Shown piece after piece: positions 7,605 through 16,238 of a stretch of DNA of 61,393 bases. This stretch comes from a bacterium (GTDB lineage: Bacteria; Patescibacteriota; Patescibacteriia; 2-12-FULL-60-25). Where the stretch lies: positions 1 through 61,393 of the forward strand of contig JAJZQU010000001.1 in NCBI GenBank assembly GCA_021806685.1. Reading direction: 5' to 3'. Below the pieces are notes generated by a model, which made no database searches, was not told the DNA's origin, and was given only the letters and a program-made list of their open reading frames with translations. The position numbers were made by a program, and so were the translations under genes. Positions within the stretch are counted from its first letter, which is position 1. Each line of letters opens with the position of its first letter.

Positions 7605-9343
7605 ACGACCAGGTCTTGAACTTACTGCAAACCAAGGGTTTGATTGACGATAAGGTAAAGCGCATTGCCGAAGATTTGGTTTCACGAGGAAAAACTTTGG
7701 AACAGGCTTTGGTCGGAGGCAAGTATGTTTCGGAAGCTGACTTCACCAAGATCCAAGCCGAGTCTTTAGGCATTGGTTATGAGGACCTGACAGACTTTAC
7801 TTTAAATCCGGAAGTCATGGCCTTGATACCCAAGCAGACTTTGGAGAACTTCCAAATCTTGCCCTTGCGGTTTGATGGCCAGACTTTGGTAGTTGCCTTG
7901 CGCGACCCGCAGGATTACCGCGCAGTTGAAAGTTTGGAGTTCTTGACTGACGAAAAAGGCTGGAAGCTTAAGGTGGTCACAGCCTTGCCTTCGCAGTTCA
8001 AGCGGCTGACCAAGAGCGGCAAGGGTTTGAGCACCGAAGTTGAAGGCGCCTTGGAACAAGCCAAGGGCAAATTTGAAAAGACTAAGGAAGCTGAGGAAGA
8101 GGTGGCCGGTAATATCGAGGAAGTCATCAAGGGAGCGCCTGTTTCGCGCATTATTTCGGTCATCATGCGGCATGCCGTGGAAGCCGGTGCTTCTGATATC
8201 CACATTGAGCCTGTGGAAAACGAGTCACGTATCCGTTACCGCATAGATGGCGTGCTAAGGACTGCTCTGTCTTTGCCGATTTATGTCCATCCGGCCTTGG
8301 TTTCGCGCGTCAAAGTCATGGCTAACTTAAAGATCGATGAGACACGCATCCCGCAGGACGGCCGTATCTCCCAAACCATCAATGGCAAGAAAATCGACTT
8401 CCGTATCTCAACTTTGCCGGTCGTTGACCACGAAAAAGTCGTCATGCGTATCTTGGATACGACAGCCGGCGCGCCGACTTTGGAAAACTTGGGTTTCCGC
8501 AAGCAATATATTGATATCATGAAGCAGGAAATCAAGAAGCCGCATGGCATGTTCCTGATAACTGGCCCAACCGGTTCCGGTAAGTCAACGACTTTGTTTG
8601 CCGCCTTGAACGTCTTAAATGCAGATGGCGTCAATATCTCGACCTTGGAAGATCCTGTGGAATATTTTATCGCGGGAGTCAACCAATCGCAGATCAGGCC
8701 GGAAATAGGTTATACGTTTGCTACCGGACTGCGCGCCCTTTTGCGCCAAGACCCGAATGTGGTCATGGTCGGTGAAATCCGCGATAAAGATACGGCTGAG
8801 TTGGCCATCCACGCCTCGCTGACCGGCCACTTGATATTTTCAACCTTGCACACGAATGATGTTTACGGTTTGGTCCCGCGCTTGATGGATATTGGAGTGC
8901 AGCCGTTCTTGCTGGCAGCAACCATGAATTTGGGCGTTGCCCAGCGCTTGGCGCGCAAAATTTGCGAGTTCTGCAAAGAACCGCAGGAAATACCGGCTGA
9001 AACGGTCGCTAAATTGACAGAAGAGGTCAAGAAAATCCCGCCCAAGTACCTTTCGCCCAATATCGACTTTACCAAACCCCTGGTTTTCTACCATGGCAAA
9101 GGCTGTCCCAAATGCAACAATACCGGATACACCGGGCGCACAGCCGTGGCTGAGTTGTTTCAGTTTACTCCCCAGGCTCAAAAAATGGTGGAAGAAGGTT
9201 TTACGGCCGCTAAGTTCAAGGCTGAGTTTGAACGGCAAGAAATGATGACCTTGAGGCAGGATTTGATATTAAAAGCCGTCGAAGGCCTGACAACAGTCGA
9301 AGAAGTCTTGCGTTTAGGGCAGGAAGCAACGGAAACAGAGTAG
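7601..9343 (+). CDS. pilB: Type IV pilus assembly ATPase PilB (GspE family)
   Basis: Walker A GPTGSGKST, the GspE-type N-terminal domain, and the C-terminal CxxC..CPKCNNTGYTGR zinc motif. Confidence 0.9.
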   Translation: MNDQVLNLLQTKGLIDDKVKRIAEDLVSRGKTLEQALVGGKYVSEADFTKIQAESLGIGYEDLTDFTLNPEVMALIPKQTLENFQILPLRFDGQTLVVALRDPQDYRAVESLEFLTDEKGWKLKVVTALPSQFKRLTKSGKGLSTEVEGALEQAKGKFEKTKEAEEEVAGNIEEVIKGAPVSRIISVIMRHAVEAGASDIHIEPVENESRIRYRIDGVLRTALSLPIYVHPALVSRVKVMANLKIDETRIPQDGRISQTINGKKIDFRISTLPVVDHEKVVMRILDTTAGAPTLENLGFRKQYIDIMKQEIKKPHGMFLITGPTGSGKSTTLFAALNVLNADGVNISTLEDPVEYFIAGVNQSQIRPEIGYTFATGLRALLRQDPNVVMVGEIRDKDTAELAIHASLTGHLIFSTLHTNDVYGLVPRLMDIGVQPFLLAATMNLGVAQRLARKICEFCKEPQEIPAETVAKLTEEVKKIPPKYLSPNIDFTKPLVFYHGKGCPKCNNTGYTGRTAVAELFQFTPQAQKMVEEGFTAAKFKAEFERQEMMTLRQDLILKAVEGLTTVEEVLRLGQEATETE

Positions 9344-9347
9344 CCGT

Positions 9348-9719
9348 ATGGATCGAATACCAGTCCTGCTGATAGATGACGACGCTTTCTTGGCGCGGAT
9401 CTATTCGGAAAAGCTTGAGAGCCAGGGTTATGACGTCCACTTGGCAGGCTCTGGCGAAGAAGGGTTAAAGCTGGCCGAGCGAGAAGTGCCGGCTTGTGTC
9501 TTGTTGGATATACTTTTGCCGGGGGCTGATGGTTTTGAAATCCTTGAGAAGTTTAAAGGCAATCCCGCCATGAGCCATGTCCCTGTCATTATGGTTTCCA
9601 GTTTGGGCCAAAGGGAGGATGTGGAAAAAGCCAGGAGTTTGGGAGCAGCCGGCTATTTGATCAAATCACACATTTTGCCGCAAGATGTCGTCAATAAGGT
9701 TAAGGAGGTCCTAAAATAA
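9348..9719 (+). CDS. Stand-alone response-regulator receiver domain (CheY/PilH-like)
   Basis: VLLIDDD acidic pocket, LLDILLPGADG phospho-acceptor Asp, and a 123-aa single domain. Confidence 0.85.
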   Translation: MDRIPVLLIDDDAFLARIYSEKLESQGYDVHLAGSGEEGLKLAEREVPACVLLDILLPGADGFEILEKFKGNPAMSHVPVIMVSSLGQREDVEKARSLGAAGYLIKSHILPQDVVNKVKEVLK

Positions 9720-9722
9720 GTT

Positions 9723-10934
9723 ATGCCTTCATTCAAGTACCAGGTCAGGACAGCCGACGGGCGTATTCAAGCCGGAATTGTTGAGGCTGCTACTTTGGAC
9801 GCTGCCAATGAGGCCCTGGCTGAGCGTGAGTACCAGGTTTTGGCCATAGAGCCTTATAAGGGGGTTGAAGCGGCCGCCCAGTCCATCACCCAGTTCTTAA
9901 ACCGCATTTCGTCCAAAGAGATGGTGGCTGCCGTGCGCATGCTGTCTGTCATGGTTTCCGCCTCAGTGCCCTTGGCTGATTCTTTGCGCAACATATCGCG
10001 GCAAACCAAAAACCCCCGTTTCAGGTCAATCCTAAATGACGTTGCCAATGAAATAGAAGGAGGCGCGCGCTTGTCTGAGGCCTTGGAACGTTACCCTAAA
10101 CTTTTCTCACAATTCTTCGTCAACATGATCCGTTCGGGCGAGACAACGGGCCAGCTTTCTGAAGTCATGAATTATTTGGCTGACCAGCAGGAAAAGGATT
10201 ATGACATGATGTCAAAGCTCAGGGGCGCCCTGTCTTACCCGGCTGTCATCGTAACAGGCATGGGCATTGCCGGTTTTGTCATGATGGTCTATGTCGTACC
10301 CAAACTCACCCAAGTATTGACTGAGGCCAATGTCCCTTTGCCGTTGAGCACCAGGATACTGATTGGGACATCGAGTTTCATGGCCCAATTTTGGTGGTTG
10401 ATCATCATCGCCGTAGTGGTTTTTGCCGTGTCGTTTGTTTACTGGATCAAAACTGATTACGGACGATGGATTTGGGACAGCGTCAAGCTTAGGATCCCGG
10501 TCATGGGACAACTTTTGCGGGAGATGTATGTGACGCGTTTCTGCCAGTCTATGTTTACTCTCATGAAAGGCGGCGTGACCATGGTCCAGGCTTTGGAAAT
10601 AGCAGCTTCGGTTATGGGCAATGCTGTTTGGAAACGAATGATTATCGAAACCATCCAGGAAGTGAATGATGGCAATTCCTTGGTGACTGCCATGCAGAAG
10701 GAAAAGACAGTGCCTTCCATGGCTGTCCAGATGCTGGCGGTGGGTGAGGAAACAGGCAAATTAGAGGAGGTTTTATTGAGGGTAGGGGAGTTCTATTCGC
10801 GGAACGTGGCCAATATGACATCCAACATGATGACCTTGATTGAGCCGATCATCATGATTGTTTTAGGCCTGGCCGTCGGCACCATGGTCTCGGCCATTAT
10901 GATCCCGATGTATAACCTCTCCTCAGCCGTCTAA
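9723..10934 (+). CDS. pilC: Type IV pilus platform protein PilC (GspF family)
   Basis: Two GspF-type repeats and three TM segments, with the typical ~400-aa length. Confidence 0.9.
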   Translation: MPSFKYQVRTADGRIQAGIVEAATLDAANEALAEREYQVLAIEPYKGVEAAAQSITQFLNRISSKEMVAAVRMLSVMVSASVPLADSLRNISRQTKNPRFRSILNDVANEIEGGARLSEALERYPKLFSQFFVNMIRSGETTGQLSEVMNYLADQQEKDYDMMSKLRGALSYPAVIVTGMGIAGFVMMVYVVPKLTQVLTEANVPLPLSTRILIGTSSFMAQFWWLIIIAVVVFAVSFVYWIKTDYGRWIWDSVKLRIPVMGQLLREMYVTRFCQSMFTLMKGGVTMVQALEIAASVMGNAVWKRMIIETIQEVNDGNSLVTAMQKEKTVPSMAVQMLAVGEETGKLEEVLLRVGEFYSRNVANMTSNMMTLIEPIIMIVLGLAVGTMVSAIMIPMYNLSSAV

Positions 10935-10939
10935 AAAAG

Positions 10940-10948
10940 TGCTATAAT
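10940..10948 (+). promoter_or_regulatory. Extended -10 box TGCTATAAT upstream of the major pilin gene
   Basis: Perfect TGnTATAAT. Here it lies 131 nt from the ATG, with the MITE-like element in between. Confidence 0.35.
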
Positions 10949-10980
10949 TATTCACAAGCTAATTTAATAATCTTAAATTG

Positions 10981-11068
10981 TTGTCATCCCGACCGAAATG
11001 TAATGAAGTGGAGGGATCTTGGTTAACGAAGATTCCTCGACTCGCTGCTGCTCCCTCGGAATGACATA
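10981..11068 (-). repeat. MITE-like ~88-bp element with TGTCAT(T/C)CCGA.. terminal inverted repeats (copy a)
   Basis: It is roughly 80% identical by eye to the reverse complement of 21534..21620. The termini match the inverted repeats that flank the GIY-YIG gene at 52511 and 52897. Confidence 0.6.
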
Positions 11069-11079
11069 ACGTACGTTTT

Positions 11080-11592
11080 ATGCAAACCAAGAAAGGTTTT
11101 ACGCTCATTGAGCTCTTGGTGGTTGTGGCCATCATCGGCCTCTTAGCCACCTTGGGCGTTATTGCTTTCCGCGATGCCCAAAGGAAAGCGCGCGACACCA
11201 AGCGTTTGGGCGATGTCAAAATCATGGTCCAGTCATTGGCTCAGGCCAATAACGAGGGATCTTACGTGATTTGCCGGGCTGGTTGCGCCGCTGCCCCGGT
11301 CAGCGGAGACAAGATGTCAGCCTTAACCATCTGCAAGCGTGCAGACTGTGCAGGCGGTGCAGCTGATGATACCAAGGAATTTGCCAACTTAGCCGTCATG
11401 ATTGACCCTCTAAAGCCGGCAGCGGCTTGTGCAGTGGGAAGCGCGGCCCAGTGTGATTATGGTTTTGTGCCTGCTACTACGGCTTATAAGCTGGATGGTT
11501 ATACCATCTACTTCTGGACAGAGCAGACGAACTTGGCTGGTGTTGCTGCCGGCAACTTGCACTCGGCCAATTCAAATGGCGTCATGAACTAG
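11080..11592 (+). CDS. pilA: Major type IV pilin (prepilin)
   Basis: Class III signal MQTKKG|FTLIELLVVVAIIGLLA with Glu at +5, six Cys in the globular part, and its own terminator downstream. Confidence 0.85.
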   Translation: MQTKKGFTLIELLVVVAIIGLLATLGVIAFRDAQRKARDTKRLGDVKIMVQSLAQANNEGSYVICRAGCAAAPVSGDKMSALTICKRADCAGGAADDTKEFANLAVMIDPLKPAAACAVGSAAQCDYGFVPATTAYKLDGYTIYFWTEQTNLAGVAAGNLHSANSNGVMN

Positions 11593-11607
11593 TGATTAAG
11601 TTAGAAA

Positions 11608-11636
11608 ACACCCCCGCATTGCGGGGGTGTTTTATT
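11608..11636 (+). terminator. Intrinsic terminator after pilA
   Basis: 10-bp stem ACACCCCCGC/GCGGGGGTGT with loop ATT, followed by TTTATT. Confidence 0.75.
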
Positions 11637-11662
11637 ATCTACCGGCTGGGCCGAGTCTGATG

Positions 11663-11668
11663 TATAAT
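11663..11668 (+). promoter_or_regulatory. -10 hexamer TATAAT, 8 nt upstream of the ATG at 11677
   Basis: Read directly. No SD. Confidence 0.4.
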
Positions 11669-11676
11669 GTCGAAGT

Positions 11677-12141
11677 ATGCGATTTCGCTCAAAATTAGCT
11701 TTTACCATCCCAGAATTGTTGATAGCGCTGCTAATCGTGGGCATCCTGGGCGCTGTGGCTGTCTATGCCATCAATGTCCAGCGTGCCATGAGCCGCGATT
11801 CCAAGCGTATTTCTGATGTCAGTGTCATGCGGGCAGCTTTGAGCCAATACTGGTTGCAAAAGGCATCCTACCCATTATCAGAAGGCGTTAACCTTGGCTT
11901 GATCGGCTCAGGCGCCGAAAGGCTGGCTGGCGACGGGCTTGGTTCTTTGGAGGACAACACACAACCAATATTTTTAGACAGGTTTCCGATTGGCCCCAAA
12001 AGCAACGAGTATTATGCTTATCGGGCTAATGAAAGGGGTTATAGCTTGAGGTTTATTACTGAAAGAAACACTGCTTATGGGCCGGCCGGTACTTTTTTTG
12101 CCCATTCAAGTGGTGTGGACAATCTAGACGAAACAAAATAA
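11677..12141 (+). CDS. Prepilin-like protein (pilin/pseudopilin)
   Basis: N-terminus KLA|FTIPELLIALLIVGILG with Glu at +5. Confidence 0.7.
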   Translation: MRFRSKLAFTIPELLIALLIVGILGAVAVYAINVQRAMSRDSKRISDVSVMRAALSQYWLQKASYPLSEGVNLGLIGSGAERLAGDGLGSLEDNTQPIFLDRFPIGPKSNEYYAYRANERGYSLRFITERNTAYGPAGTFFAHSSGVDNLDETK

Positions 12142-12145
12142 AAGC

Positions 12146-12943
12146 ATGTTTCTCTCAACTTTCCTTTTCCTGCTGGTGGCCGCCGCTTTTGGTGCGGTTT
12201 TTGGTTCGTTTGCCAATGTGGTTGCCATACGCACGCACGATGAATCCAGCTTGATGGGCAGGTCGCATTGCATGGATTGCAAGACGCCGCTCAAGATACG
12301 CCATTTGGTGCCGATCCTGTCTTGGCTGATCCAACGTGGCAAGTGCGCCACTTGCGGCAAGAGTATCCATATACAATACCCGTTAGTCGAGTTGGCTGGC
12401 GCCTTGTTGGCGATCTTGTCAGTAGCCAGGCATATGCCGACCGAAGGGCAGTGGCCTTGGATCTTGTTTGAATTCTTTTTTGGGCTGGCCTTGCTCATCT
12501 TCCTGGTCATGGATGCGCGTTGGATGGAATTGCCTGTTGAGTTGATGGTCGGGACCGGCGTAATTTTCACTTTGTGGAACATGCTATTACGCGTGGCTTC
12601 TGGCGAATCTGTCAGCGAAGTGGCCTGGTCGCACTTAGTCGGTTTTTGCATAGCAACTTTATTTTTCTCCTTACAGTGGATGGTGTCGCGCAAAAGGTGG
12701 ATTGGTTCGGGTGATGTTTGGATGGCTGCTGTTTTGGGAGCGGTCTTAGGTTGGCCAAGCGTGGGCATTGCGGTCTATTTTGCTTACATTTTTGGAGGTG
12801 GAGCTGCCATTCTCTTGCTCATATCCGGCAGGCTTAAGCCTGGCTCACGCGTGCCGTTTGCGCCCGCCTTGGCAGCCGGAGCTTTGGCAGCCATTTGGTG
12901 GACGCCATGGATTACGGCTTGGTTGGCCTATGCCTTTGCATAA
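12146..12943 (+). CDS. pilD: Prepilin peptidase/N-methyltransferase PilD (A24 family)
   Basis: The two CxxC pairs (HCMDCKTPL, GKCATCGKSI), a multi-TM body and a GSGDV active-site-like motif. Confidence 0.9.
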   Translation: MFLSTFLFLLVAAAFGAVFGSFANVVAIRTHDESSLMGRSHCMDCKTPLKIRHLVPILSWLIQRGKCATCGKSIHIQYPLVELAGALLAILSVARHMPTEGQWPWILFEFFFGLALLIFLVMDARWMELPVELMVGTGVIFTLWNMLLRVASGESVSEVAWSHLVGFCIATLFFSLQWMVSRKRWIGSGDVWMAAVLGAVLGWPSVGIAVYFAYIFGGGAAILLLISGRLKPGSRVPFAPALAAGALAAIWWTPWITAWLAYAFA

Positions 12944-13577
12944 TAAAAAAGGTTTTACTTTAGTTGAAGTGATGGTTAGCGTGGCCGTCATCGGGCTTTT
13001 GGCAGTCATCATGATGACGAGCTTGGGTTCTACCCGGCAAACAGAAGAGCTCAAGGCTTCGGCTCGGCAGTTAGCTGCTGATATCCGCAGCATGCAAGCT
13101 CGCGCTTTGGCAGCCGGCGATGTCCAGGCTTGTCCCAATAGTTCCGCGTTACTTTCAATTTGCGAAGATTCAAAAGCCGTCTGTACCAATCCTGCTGATT
13201 GTGTGGCCCATGTGCCATCGGCTTTTGGCGTTAACGCTTCGTCTACCGCCACGTACTACACGCTTTTTGCCGAGGTTGAGCCTTCGACTGCTGATTTCCA
13301 CCTGACCAGGCCAACAGAAGTCTTGCTTAGCCGTCCTTTGCTGCAAGGCACCAGCCAGAATGTGGTTATTAAAAATGTGTTGACCGGCAAGCCAGCTCCT
13401 TTATTGCCTAAAATTGCAGGCGATGTCAGTTTCATGCGCCAAAGCGGCAATACACGGCTAAATGACGGGAGCGGCCTTGAGCCGGATATAATGGTATTCC
13501 GTTTGTGGCACAAGGTTTCGAGCAGTACGATTGATGTTGAGGTCAATCGGGTAACCGGCAGGGTGTCTGTCCTATGA
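12930..13577 (+). CDS. Minor prepilin-like protein
   Basis: MPLHNKKG|FTLVEVMVSVAVIGLLA. The internal ATG at 12930 is used, because ORF-track start 12768 lies inside pilD. Confidence 0.7.
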   Translation: MPLHNKKGFTLVEVMVSVAVIGLLAVIMMTSLGSTRQTEELKASARQLAADIRSMQARALAAGDVQACPNSSALLSICEDSKAVCTNPADCVAHVPSAFGVNASSTATYYTLFAEVEPSTADFHLTRPTEVLLSRPLLQGTSQNVVIKNVLTGKPAPLLPKIAGDVSFMRQSGNTRLNDGSGLEPDIMVFRLWHKVSSSTIDVEVNRVTGRVSVL

Positions 13578-14194
13578 AATTAAAATCAACTAACTGCCCG
13601 GGGCAATCTTTGGTCGAAATGTTGATTGTGCTTTTTGTTATTTCCGTAGGGTTGTATGCGGCTGTCACCATGATTTTTTTTAACGTTAATTTGCAGGAAC
13701 AAGACGCTGACCAGACAGTTGCCATGAATTTGGCGCGCGAGGCGCTGGAGCTTGTGCAAAACCAACGCGATTCCAATTGGTTATCATCCAGCCAGTTTGA
13801 TGCAGGCATGTTAGACCAGCCGGGTGATTGTACTGCCGTGCCGGCCTGGGACGGGACAAGCGTGCCCAATCCTTTTTTTGACTTTACGCCCAATACCATT
13901 GACCAATCCCGTATTTACAAGTCAACGAAATCAGCTTCTTTGGGGATGCTTACTAATATTGTTTCAACTTCCACCTCTGATTTTTATAGGCTTTTGACTT
14001 TTTCACCTATTTGCCAGGACGCGAATGATGCAACCAAAAAAGCGGCGGCTGATGGCTTGTGCGCTTGTCCGCCAACAGGTTTGCCAGCGTATACCAAAGA
14101 AGTCGGCTTGAGGGCAAGGGTAGACATGCGGTGGTATCGGAAGAGCCGGCCGTTGAATTTAACTATTTTCAGTGATTTCTATGATTGGCGCTAA
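13574..14194 (+). CDS. Minor prepilin-like protein
   Basis: NCPG|QSLVEMLIVLFVISVGL with Glu at +5, and an ATGA overlap with the preceding gene. Confidence 0.65.
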   Translation: MKLKSTNCPGQSLVEMLIVLFVISVGLYAAVTMIFFNVNLQEQDADQTVAMNLAREALELVQNQRDSNWLSSSQFDAGMLDQPGDCTAVPAWDGTSVPNPFFDFTPNTIDQSRIYKSTKSASLGMLTNIVSTSTSDFYRLLTFSPICQDANDATKKAAADGLCACPPTGLPAYTKEVGLRARVDMRWYRKSRPLNLTIFSDFYDWR

Positions 14195-14774
14195 GAAAGT
14201 ACCTGGCTTTACAGTTGTCGAGCTTTTGGTCGTCATGGTTTTGTTTACCTTTTCGCTTTTGATTTTAACGCAAACCTACCTTTCTTTTATCCGGCTTTCG
14301 CACCGCACATCAAACTCAGCCACTATCCAGCAGGACATGAGGTTTGTCATGGAATATCTGACGCGTAATGCGCGCAACGGGGCCATTGATTATCCGGATC
14401 CGCCGTTGGCCATTGATAGCGTGACTTCGACGCTTAGGTTGAAGGCAGAGAACCAGCTGGCCTGGATGATGAGGAAATCCCAGCCGGGAGATGCGCGTTG
14501 CGGAGATGCACCTAACGTTGCCTGCCTGCTTGTTTCGAGTGACAACGGCGCAAATTGGGCGCCCATCACATCCAAAGGCGTTAATGTCGAAACATTTAAT
14601 ATTTATGTCAGGCCATCCTTATCGCCCTTTGTCTTGCAAGGGGGGAATTATACGAGTGACCAGCAGCCTTATGTCACTGTCCAAGTAAAAATGACTTTTA
14701 ATACGCCTATTGATAAGGAAAAAGTCAGCCTGGCAGCGCAGACGACCGTATCATCCAGAGTTTATGTACGATAA
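14181..14774 (+). CDS. Minor prepilin-like protein
   Basis: MIGAKKVPG|FTVVELLVVMVLF. The ATG at 14181 is preferred over the GTG at 14172. Confidence 0.7.
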   Translation: MIGAKKVPGFTVVELLVVMVLFTFSLLILTQTYLSFIRLSHRTSNSATIQQDMRFVMEYLTRNARNGAIDYPDPPLAIDSVTSTLRLKAENQLAWMMRKSQPGDARCGDAPNVACLLVSSDNGANWAPITSKGVNVETFNIYVRPSLSPFVLQGGNYTSDQQPYVTVQVKMTFNTPIDKEKVSLAAQTTVSSRVYVR

Positions 14775-15576
14775 GTTACGCGGCAATATCACGGCTTTTG
14801 CCATTATCCTGGTGGCCATGGTCTTGTTGTTGGGAATTGCAGTCGGCGTAGTGGTGATGGAAGGCTCGCGCCGCGCCATAGAGACTGACCGGGCGATCGG
14901 AGCCTATTACATGGCTAACTCCGGCATTGAGATGCAGCTTTATGATGTGCGTAAAAACTCTGCCAGGCTTTCAGATGAGGCTACGGCAGCCAGCATTTAT
15001 CCTGGAGGATCGAGCTGGAAGTCAACAACGGGTTATGAAACCTCGACGGTTAAGACCATCCCGCTTTTGGGGGAAGAAGAATTATCTTTTGTTGATTTAT
15101 TTGACCCGGACAACATCGGACAGCAATCAAATGTGGCTTCGGCCAACCTGACCTGGGATGCTGGTACGGTTGGTTGCCAGCCTGATTTGGAAATCGGTTA
15201 CACTGTTTGGGATGTTGGCGTGACAGTCACCTGGCCTACGAATGCGGCAGATTACATCATTGTTATTGCCCCTTATGCCTCGCATCTGGGTTTTAATGTC
15301 GGTTCATTGGATGTGACAAAAGCCTATCGCATGCGCATTAGGCCTTTAAAATGCAGTGCCAGAGACATCAATATCTCCTTGCTGAACAGTTTGAGCCAGC
15401 CCTTGGCTTATCCGGGCGACATAACCCTTGGTTCAGAAGGTTCATACCAAAAAACCACCCAGCGCCTCCGCGTCACCATGCCGCGCCAAGACATTTTGTC
15501 CGGCATCTTCAGCTATATCGTTTTCTCGCAAGAGCAACTCTGTAAGCGGGTTGGGGGAGCAGGGATTTGCCCTTAG
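14764..15576 (+). CDS. PilX-like/minor pilus protein (N-terminal hydrophobic helix, no cleavage motif)
   Basis: MYDKLRGNITAFAIILVAMVLLLGIAV, and it is the last gene of the operon. The internal ATG at 14764 is used. Confidence 0.45.
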   Translation: MYDKLRGNITAFAIILVAMVLLLGIAVGVVVMEGSRRAIETDRAIGAYYMANSGIEMQLYDVRKNSARLSDEATAASIYPGGSSWKSTTGYETSTVKTIPLLGEEELSFVDLFDPDNIGQQSNVASANLTWDAGTVGCQPDLEIGYTVWDVGVTVTWPTNAADYIIVIAPYASHLGFNVGSLDVTKAYRMRIRPLKCSARDINISLLNSLSQPLAYPGDITLGSEGSYQKTTQRLRVTMPRQDILSGIFSYIVFSQEQLCKRVGGAGICP

Positions 15577-15609
15577 ACAGACGACCACCTCCCCCCGCAT
15601 TGCGGGGTA

Positions 15610-15660
15610 CTCCTCCTCTTTCGAGGAGGAGTGGCGAACGCGAGTGAGCCGAGGTGGTGG
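15610..15660 (+). repeat. 51-bp direct repeat, left copy, flanking the DUF559 gene
   Basis: CTCCTCCTCTTTCGAGGAGGAGTGGCGAACGCGAGTGAGCCGAGGTGGTGG recurs at 16110..16160, with differences only in the hairpin loop. Confidence 0.8.
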
Positions 15661-15662
15661 TG

Positions 15663-16025
15663 TCAGTACTTTCTTCCAAAGTGTCTTATAATCTCTGCTA
15701 GCAATAACTCCGGTTCTTTGAAAACCAAATTATTTTCAAACCTTATAACTTTTATTCCAAGTCCGTTCAAAAAAGCAGTCCTTTCTTGATCATAAGCTTG
15801 CGCTTCTTCCGAGTTATGCGCTTGCCCGTCAAGTTCAATGGCTAATCGTTCTGCGGGACAATAGAAGTCTAAAATATAACTGCCAACGCTGTGCTGACGG
15901 CGAAATTTCCTGCCCAGTTTTGAATCTTTAATGAGACTCCAAAGTCCGGCCTCCGCCGGAGTCAATCGATTTCTTAATTCTTTGCGCCGGGTTTTTAGTA
16001 TAGTCCGATTATGCAGTCTTGGCAT
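15663..16025 (-). CDS. DUF559 / Vsr-like endonuclease-domain protein
   Basis: LTPAE..LW, KFRRQ, YILDFYCP and LAIELDG..H match the DUF559 signature. Confidence 0.85.
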   Translation of the reverse strand: MPRLHNRTILKTRRKELRNRLTPAEAGLWSLIKDSKLGRKFRRQHSVGSYILDFYCPAERLAIELDGQAHNSEEAQAYDQERTAFLNGLGIKVIRFENNLVFKEPELLLAEIIRHFGRKY

Positions 16026-16109
16026 GTTGTAAGTATAACATGCGCCTCACCCGTGATTACATAAGCACTCCTCCTTATGCGAAGAGGAAAGTCAAACTGT
16101 TTAACAGCT

Positions 16110-16160
16110 CTCCTCCTCTCATGAGGAGGAGTGGCGAACGCGAGTGAGCCGAGGTGGTGG
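16110..16160 (+). repeat. 51-bp direct repeat, right copy, flanking the DUF559 gene
   Basis: It starts exactly 500 bp downstream of the left copy, in the same orientation. Confidence 0.8.
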
Positions 16161-16238
16161 AGGGATGGCTACTTTTTAGCTCGCCTGGGCTTGACAGAGC
16201 TGCGAATAAGTGACATAAGTTGGACAAAGGAGGATCAC

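Noticed and set aside
12124-12768. 214-aa minus-strand ORF
   Set aside because: It lies fully inside pilD, whose plus-strand product has the diagnostic prepilin-peptidase motifs. It is an antisense shadow. The same reasoning applies to 18444..19091 (in ligA), 51388..52044 (in the Clp gene), 16176..16709, 53049..53591 and 58019..58660.
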